A stretch of 24,310 bases of DNA, taken from assembly GCA_032127795.1 (NCBI GenBank), contig JAQBHM010000068.1, positions 1 through 24,310 of the forward strand. Reading direction: 5' to 3'. The translations under genes and the position numbers were made by a program. Under the pieces are notes generated by a model. The model saw only the letters and a list, made by a program, of their open reading frames with translations. It did not search any database and had not been told where the DNA came from. Position 1 is the stretch's first letter. Every line of letters starts with the position of its first letter. The stretch is from Bacteroidales bacterium. Its GTDB lineage: Bacteria > Bacteroidota > Bacteroidia > Bacteroidales > VadinHA17. Shown in pieces: positions 20,101-24,310 of this stretch.

Positions 20101-20629
20101 GCCTCTGAACCTCAAGGTAGTAGTCGTCACCAAAGATCTCTTTGTATGAGAGCAGCGCCTCTTCTGCGCCTTTAATGTTCCCGGTAAGGACCTCCTGTGC
20201 CGTCTCTCCTGCCAGGCAGGCAGATGAGGCTATCAGACCTTCATGGTGAAGACGGAGAAGCTCCTTGTCTATCCTCGGCTTATAGTAAAAACCTTTTATC
20301 CATGCCTGTGAGACAAGTTTTATAAGGTTACGGTAGCCATCTTTGTTTTTTGCAAGCAGAATAAGGTGATCGCCCGACCGGTCTTCACGCGAGGTCTTCT
20401 CCTCCATACTCCCACGGGCAACATATATCTCGCAACCAATTATCGGTTTGATACCGGCACTGCAGGCAGCGTCATGAAAGGCCTTTACGCCGAACATGTT
20501 GCCATGGTCAGTAATGGCAAGAGCCTCCATCCCCAGCTCTTTCGACCTGTTCATCAGAGCCTTGATCCCCGATGCACCGTCCAGAATGGAGTATTGAGTA
20601 TGTACGTGCAGATGAATGAATGAGGACAT
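17144..20629 (-). CDS. dnaE: DNA polymerase III alpha subunit
   Basis: PHP domain (HLHVHTQYSILDG, DHGNMFG, ATNDVHF), GPGRGSAAGS, catalytic PDIDIDF, KMDFLGL, FNKSHS, C-terminal OB fold; no intein or inserted exonuclease seen. Confidence 0.98.
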   Translation of the reverse strand: MSSFIHLHVHTQYSILDGASGIKALMNRSKELGMEALAITDHGNMFGVKAFHDAACSAGIKPIIGCEIYVARGSMEEKTSREDRSGDHLILLAKNKDGYRNLIKLVSQAWIKGFYYKPRIDKELLRLHHEGLIASSACLAGETAQEVLTGNIKGAEEALLSYKEIFGDDYYLEVQRHETSDPTADSTVFPQQQRVVAAYRELAAKHNVKIIATNDVHFVMADEAEAHDRLICINTATDIDDPKRLRYTKQEYLKSEEEMLAIFPDLTEAVSNTSEVAAKIEAYSLSCEPIMPEFVIPDGFADKDAYLRHLTMEGAAMRWGEIGDELQARIDFELDVIKNMGFPGYFLIVQDFLRAAREMGVWVGPGRGSAAGSAVAYCLRITDIDPIKYNLLFERFLNPDRISMPDIDIDFDEDGREKVFRYVVDKYGHDRVAHIITFGTMAAKMAIRDVARVQKLPLPEAIRLTKLVPDKPGMTLATAYEEVPELLKERVSKETLVSQTLKYAEVLEGSIRQTGVHACGIIISKERLDEYIPICTAKDTDLYVTQYEGNYVESVGLLKMDFLGLKTLSILKDAIENIRKSKGITIDLETLPLDDKKTYELFSNAETTGVFQFESVGMKRYLRELKPNQFGDLVAMNALYRPGPMEYIPQYIKRKHGREILKYEIPAMEKYLQETYGITVYQEQVMLLSQELAGFTKGQADSLRKAMGKKKRDIMDKLKVQFVEGCQKNGYELHIINKVWSDWEAFAEYAFNKSHSTCYALIAYQTGYLKANYPAEFMAAVLSRNINDIKKITVMMEETRRMGIEVLGPDVNESDLQFTVNKNGNIRFGLGAIKGVGENAVLHLIEEREKEGAFTDIYNLAERSNLNTVNKKMLEAMVVAGALDGLPGTTRAQYFSADGKGSSFLESLIRYGTNVKNLRNSNQQSLFGDIGGFDLVKPEPAPCSDWSKLEKLNKEKQVIGIYLSSHPLDDYRLEINTFCNASLADLQNLNEFANREVCVAGIVTETRSGVTKNGKPFGGFTLQDYTDSFTFLIFDKEYVTQSNFFVTDYHLLVKGKVQGRHYNPDELEFKIKEIHLLSSVRDDLINSITIRLKTEMINSEFITSLSTIIAENPGNKMLKFLLIDHEDKITLPLFSRSIRAGITDELIAWLEENSELDFKVN

Positions 20630-20673
20630 TGATAAGGGATAATTTGAAAAATTGGTACCGCTGTTGTATGGAA

Positions 20674-20681
20674 CAAAAGTA
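20674..20681 (-). promoter_or_regulatory. -7 element (TACTTTTG on minus strand) for dnaE
   Basis: Plus-strand CAAAAGTA, 44 nt upstream of the dnaE ATG. Confidence 0.55.
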
Positions 20682-20753
20682 AAGAAAAGGAAGTTTTCCC
20701 TGCACTTTTTTTATTAACAGAGAATCCCTGATAACCTCCCGACGATAAATATT

Positions 20754-20784
20754 TTTGTTACATGGATTTATTATAATATCTTTG
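20754..20784 (+). promoter_or_regulatory. Complete Bacteroidota housekeeping promoter for rpsP-rimM
   Basis: TTTG (20754-20757), 19-bp spacer, TATCTTTG (20777-20784): matches the -33/-7 consensus exactly. Confidence 0.85.
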
Positions 20785-20831
20785 CACGCTCATATTAAAA
20801 AAACAAAGAATAATTTAAACCGTTTATTTAA

Positions 20832-21599
20832 ATGTCAGTAAAGATCAGATTAGCTAGGAAAGGCCGCAAAAAGCAGGCTTTCTACCATGTAGTGGTAGCA
20901 GATAGCAGGTCGCCACGTGATGGCAGATTCATTGAGAAGATCGGGATTTATAACCCGATCACTGACCCGGCAACAATCGATATTAATTTCGAGAAAGCTT
21001 TGGGTTGGCTGCAGAAAGGCGCGCAACCTACAGAAACATGCAGGGCCATCCTCTCATATAAAGGGGTGCTCCTGAAGAAACACCTTCTTGACGGAGTCAT
21101 AAAAGGTGCCTTTGATGAAGCAGAGGCCGAACGCCGCTTCAACGAATGGCTTAAGAACAAGGAAGAGCAGATAGAGGCCAAGAAGACAGGCCTTGAGAAG
21201 AAGGGTGAAGACACACGTCAGCAACGCCTTCAGGCTGAGACTGTTGTCAAGGAAAACAGGGCTGCCGAGTATGCAAAGAAACTTGCTGCCCTTGCTGCTC
21301 AGGCAGAAGCAGCAGCAAAAGCCATTGTTGCTGAAGAGGCTCCCGAAGCTGAAGAAGCAGAAGTGGCTGAGGAAGCTGTAGCAGAAACCGAAGCTCCTGT
21401 TGCTGAAGAAACGCCTGTTGCCGCTGAAACGCCTGTTGCTGCTGAAACGCCTGTTGCTGAAGAGGCTCCCGTAGCTGAAGAAGCAGAAGTGGCTGAGGAG
21501 CCCGTAGCAGAAACTGAAGCTCCTGTTGCTGAAGCTGAGACCCCTGTTGCAGAGGCAGAGGAGGAAAAAGCTGAAGAGACTGAAAAGCCTAAGGAATAA
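20832..21599 (+). CDS. rpsP: 30S ribosomal protein S16 with long acidic, repetitive C-terminal extension
   Basis: [39 protein letters not shown]; Bacteroidota-type extension; E/A/P/V/T-rich tail; 255 aa. Confidence 0.97.
   Translation: MSVKIRLARKGRKKQAFYHVVVADSRSPRDGRFIEKIGIYNPITDPATIDINFEKALGWLQKGAQPTETCRAILSYKGVLLKKHLLDGVIKGAFDEAEAERRFNEWLKNKEEQIEAKKTGLEKKGEDTRQQRLQAETVVKENRAAEYAKKLAALAAQAEAAAKAIVAEEAPEAEEAEVAEEAVAETEAPVAEETPVAAETPVAAETPVAEEAPVAEEAEVAEEPVAETEAPVAEAETPVAEAEEEKAEETEKPKE
21327..21534 (+). repeat. Intragenic repeat block in rpsP: two 82-bp imperfect copies (21327-21408, 21453-21534) bracketing 18-bp GAAACGCCTGTTGCyGCT units
   Basis: Read directly; encodes VAEEAP(E/V)[19 protein letters not shown] twice and [12 protein letters not shown] three times. 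Confidence 0.85.
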
Positions 21600-21624
21600 T
21601 CTTGTACACTGCTGACGCCGTCAC

Positions 21625-22116
21625 GTGAAAACCATAGGTGTAATCACGAAAACACACGGCTTTGAAGGAGCCGTAGTAGTAAGATCCCAAGGCGGAACAG
21701 CAGAACCGAAACCAGGAGAACCGGTATTCATCGTTATTGATGGATTGCCGGTTCCTTTTTTTACCCGCGAAGCATGGTCTCCCGCACCCGGCACACTCGT
21801 CATATCTTTCGATGACTACCTCACCACAGAGTCTGTGTCAGCTTTCAAAGGTTGTGAGGTCAGGGCCACAGATAACAGTAAAGCTGATGAAGCGCCCGGA
21901 GAACTCAAAGATTACATGTTAATTGACAGAGATTCATCATTCAGGGGCATAATCACCTCAGTGAAGGAGAGCCCGGGACAGATAATGGCCGAAGTCACCG
22001 GCACCAACGGGACTGTATTAATTCCCCTTCATCCTGACCTTATAATCTCAATAGACCACCGGAAGAAGATAATTGAGATGTCACTGCCGTCAGGACTGAC
22101 TTCCGTTAACGACTGA
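21625..22116 (+). CDS. rimM: 16S rRNA processing protein RimM
   Basis: IGVITKTHGFEG, GLPVPFF, VLIPLHPDLIISID..KIIEMSLPSGL; directly after rpsP; GTG start. Confidence 0.9.
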   Translation: MKTIGVITKTHGFEGAVVVRSQGGTAEPKPGEPVFIVIDGLPVPFFTREAWSPAPGTLVISFDDYLTTESVSAFKGCEVRATDNSKADEAPGELKDYMLIDRDSSFRGIITSVKESPGQIMAEVTGTNGTVLIPLHPDLIISIDHRKKIIEMSLPSGLTSVND

Positions 22117-22200
22117 AGATCCTATTTCTTTTCCTGCATGCAGCACTCGAAGGCATAGAGCGTCTTTCATACAGTAACGAACCATTAAATAAGCAAAGTC

Positions 22201-22896
22201 ATGAAAAAACTATTGTCACTTGCAGCCGCCATGCTGCTTCTCTCTTCTGCCATAATAGCTCAGGAATCTTATTCCGAGACAAGGAACGTATCAGGATTCA
22301 GCCAGGTGAGCTTCGCCGTAGCAGGAGAAGTTTATATTTCACTCGGCCAGGGTTATAAGGTTGTTATCGAAGGTGACAAGGATGTTGTCAGCGATCTTAT
22401 TACACGTGTCAGCGGCAAAGACCTGGAAATTAAACGCGACAAATGGTTCAGAACCGGAAATGACAAAGTGATAGTGCATATCACCATGCCCTCAATTGAA
22501 GGTATTGATATTTCAGGTTCGGGAAAGGTGACTGTTAATGACCCTGTCAGAGGCGGTGACTTTGAAATAGATATCAGCGGCAGCGGACGCGTTTACCTTA
22601 AGGATGTCACACTTGATGATGTAGAATGCAATATCTCAGGCTCAGGCAGCTTTATTGCCGAGGGCACCGGTTCAATGGGCTCCCTGGAAGTTAACATATC
22701 AGGTTCCGGCAACTTTAAGGGTGAGTCGGTCAAGGTGGGCAGTCTCGAGGCCAGCATTTCGGGAAGCGGCAGCTGCGACTGTTATGTCACTGAAATGCTC
22801 AGGGCATCCATATCAGGTAGCGGAAGCATCTACTACTCCGGCAATCCGAAGATAGATGCAGCCATCTCAGGCTCTGGCAAGATAAGGACGAAATAG
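22201..22896 (+). CDS. Exported head-GIN domain (DUF2807) beta-helix protein
   Basis: Signal peptide ..SSAIIA|Q; seven ISGSG repeats; C-terminal SGSGSIYYSGNP. Confidence 0.85.
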   Translation: MKKLLSLAAAMLLLSSAIIAQESYSETRNVSGFSQVSFAVAGEVYISLGQGYKVVIEGDKDVVSDLITRVSGKDLEIKRDKWFRTGNDKVIVHITMPSIEGIDISGSGKVTVNDPVRGGDFEIDISGSGRVYLKDVTLDDVECNISGSGSFIAEGTGSMGSLEVNISGSGNFKGESVKVGSLEASISGSGSCDCYVTEMLRASISGSGSIYYSGNPKIDAAISGSGKIRTK

Positions 22897-23472
22897 CTAA
22901 TTTCTCAGAATCTTAATCACACCGTTTGCAGATACACTGATGACCGACGAGGCGGAGAGCCTTGTACGGTCATCCTGTCTGTATAGGCATACATAGTCAA
23001 CAGCGTTTATTATCTCCTCGCTGATGTCGTCATATACAGCGGGAGTATCTTCACCACTGATATTGGCAGAGGTTGAGATTATAGGTTTTCGGAAAGCATC
23101 AATAAGGCTATCACAGAAGGGTTCGGTGCATATTCTCACACCCACGGAACCGTCAGATGACGCTACGCCGTCAGCAAGGCTTCGCCCTTTATCATATACC
23201 ACCGTCAGGGGCTTCTCACTCCACTCTGCCATCTGCAGGGCCACGTCAGGAGGGTTTTCAACGTACCTTGTAAGCATACCCACAGAGTTGACAAGCACAA
23301 TCAGGCTCTTGCTGTCACTCCTTTTCTTGATGGAGAAGATCTTTTTGACAGCTTCATCGTTTGTTGCGTCACATCCCAGTCCCCAGACAGTGTCTGTGGG
23401 ATAGAGAATTACGCCGCCTGCCCTCAATACTTTAAGCGCATTTATAATATCTTCGGAGAATTCACTTTTCAT
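22897..23472 (-). CDS. tsaC: L-threonylcarbamoyladenylate synthase (TsaC/YrdC/Sua5)
   Basis: ILYPTDTVWGLGCDA, IKKRSDSKSLI, STSANISG. Confidence 0.93.
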   Translation of the reverse strand: MKSEFSEDIINALKVLRAGGVILYPTDTVWGLGCDATNDEAVKKIFSIKKRSDSKSLIVLVNSVGMLTRYVENPPDVALQMAEWSEKPLTVVYDKGRSLADGVASSDGSVGVRICTEPFCDSLIDAFRKPIISTSANISGEDTPAVYDDISEEIINAVDYVCLYRQDDRTRLSASSVISVSANGVIKILRN

Positions 23473-24284
23473 ACCATTACATCATTGTCTCTCAGTGCAT
23501 TATTGAGAGATGTCTTTTTGTCTGTTGACTCTTTTCTTATACCTATGATAAGTGCACAGGGCACGTTATAGGTACCTGAAGGATATTCGCGGGGATAGGT
23601 GCCGGGTATTACCACGCTCCGCGGAGGGACATATCCGCGGTATTCAACAGGCTGTGATCCCGTGACATCTATCACTTTTGTTGTTCCGGTTATCACTACA
23701 TTGGCGCCTATTACTGCTTCGGCACATATGCGGGCGCCTTCAACTATCACTGCCCTTGATCCTACAAAGCAGTTATCTTCCACCACCACCGGGGCAGCCT
23801 GCACCGGTTCAAGCACGCCACCAATGCCTGCGCCCCCGCTCAGATGAACATTCTTTCCAATCTGTGCACAGGAGCCTACCGTGGCCCACGTGTCAATCAT
23901 GCTCCCTTCTTCAATACGGGCACCGATATTTATGAATGAGGGCATTAATATCACCCCCCTGGCAATATACGCACCGTAACGCGCTACCGCATGAGGCACC
24001 ACCCTGACACCCAGCTCTCTGTAATTGTGTTTTAAATCTATCTTGTCATGAAACTCGAGCGGGCCGGCGGTTGTTGTCTTCATCTCACGCATGGGGAAGT
24101 AAAGTATCACAGCCTTTTTTATCCACTCATTGACCACCCATTTATCATCTACAGGTTCTGCCACTCTCACCGTGCCTTTGTCAAGGGCTTCTATCACCTC
24201 TTCAACAGCACGCCGCGTAGCAGCATCATTAATCTTTTCACGCTGCTCCCATGCTTCTTCTATAAGCTCTTTCCCGAAACTCAT
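23469..24284 (-). CDS. dapD: 2,3,4,5-tetrahydropyridine-2,6-dicarboxylate N-succinyltransferase
   Basis: WVVNEWIKKAVILYF, RVVPHAVARYGAYI, MIDTWATVGSCAQIGKNVHLSGGAGIGGVLEP; ATGA overlap with tsaC. Confidence 0.95.
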   Translation of the reverse strand: MSFGKELIEEAWEQREKINDAATRRAVEEVIEALDKGTVRVAEPVDDKWVVNEWIKKAVILYFPMREMKTTTAGPLEFHDKIDLKHNYRELGVRVVPHAVARYGAYIARGVILMPSFINIGARIEEGSMIDTWATVGSCAQIGKNVHLSGGAGIGGVLEPVQAAPVVVEDNCFVGSRAVIVEGARICAEAVIGANVVITGTTKVIDVTGSQPVEYRGYVPPRSVVIPGTYPREYPSGTYNVPCALIIGIRKESTDKKTSLNNALRDNDVMV

Positions 24285-24310
24285 ATTGTCTTCAAAATTA
24301 GTGAATGTTA

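Noticed and set aside
19328-20149. 273-aa plus-strand ORF
   Set aside because: Lies wholly antisense to the conserved PHP/polymerase region of dnaE; no motifs.
17144-20629. Intein or inserted exonuclease domain in dnaE
   Set aside because: Length (1161 aa) and motif order are continuous; no intein splice-junction or LAGLIDADG-like segment seen.
21602-21628. TTG-started 8-codon ORF (MYTADAVT) overlapping the rimM start, as a frameshifted RimM N-terminus
   Set aside because: The GTG at 21625 already yields the conserved IGxIxKxHG start and a near-normal length; no slippery site.

Overview
Chromosomal window from a Bacteroidota (Bacteroidales-like) genome. The taxonomic call rests on TAnnTTTG -7 promoter boxes, the S16 C-terminal extension, the mutA/mutB pair and the ribD/prmC/recX arrangement. 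About 20 protein genes fill almost the whole window; I see no rRNA, tRNA, CRISPR array, integrase or transposase. Most genes are housekeeping: an NAD-dependent epimerase, prfB with its +1 programmed frameshift (5' part missed by the ORF track), methylmalonyl-CoA mutase beta and alpha subunits, recX, prmC, ribD, a LOG-family protein, trxA, dnaE, rpsP, rimM, tsaC and dapD. The standout is a two-gene unit between ribD and the LOG gene with its own -7 box. It encodes (1) an exported TPR + 2x Ig-like + caspase-family (C14) protease with an intact His-Cys dyad and, 4 bp downstream, (2) a membrane sensor with periplasmic beta-propeller/Y_Y_Y domains wired to a cytoplasmic SpoIIE/PP2C phosphatase rather than a kinase. 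I propose this as a candidate extracytoplasmic-proteolysis-to-phosphatase signalling system; the functional link is inference only. Smaller oddities: a 17-bp duplication of the prfB 3' end, a long hairpin ahead of mutAB, a probably leaderless prmC, face-to-face promoter boxes at dnaE/trxA, a CxxS thioredoxin lipoprotein-DUF4190-DUF2752 cluster and a repeat-expanded acidic tail on S16. All family calls are by motif recognition, not database search.
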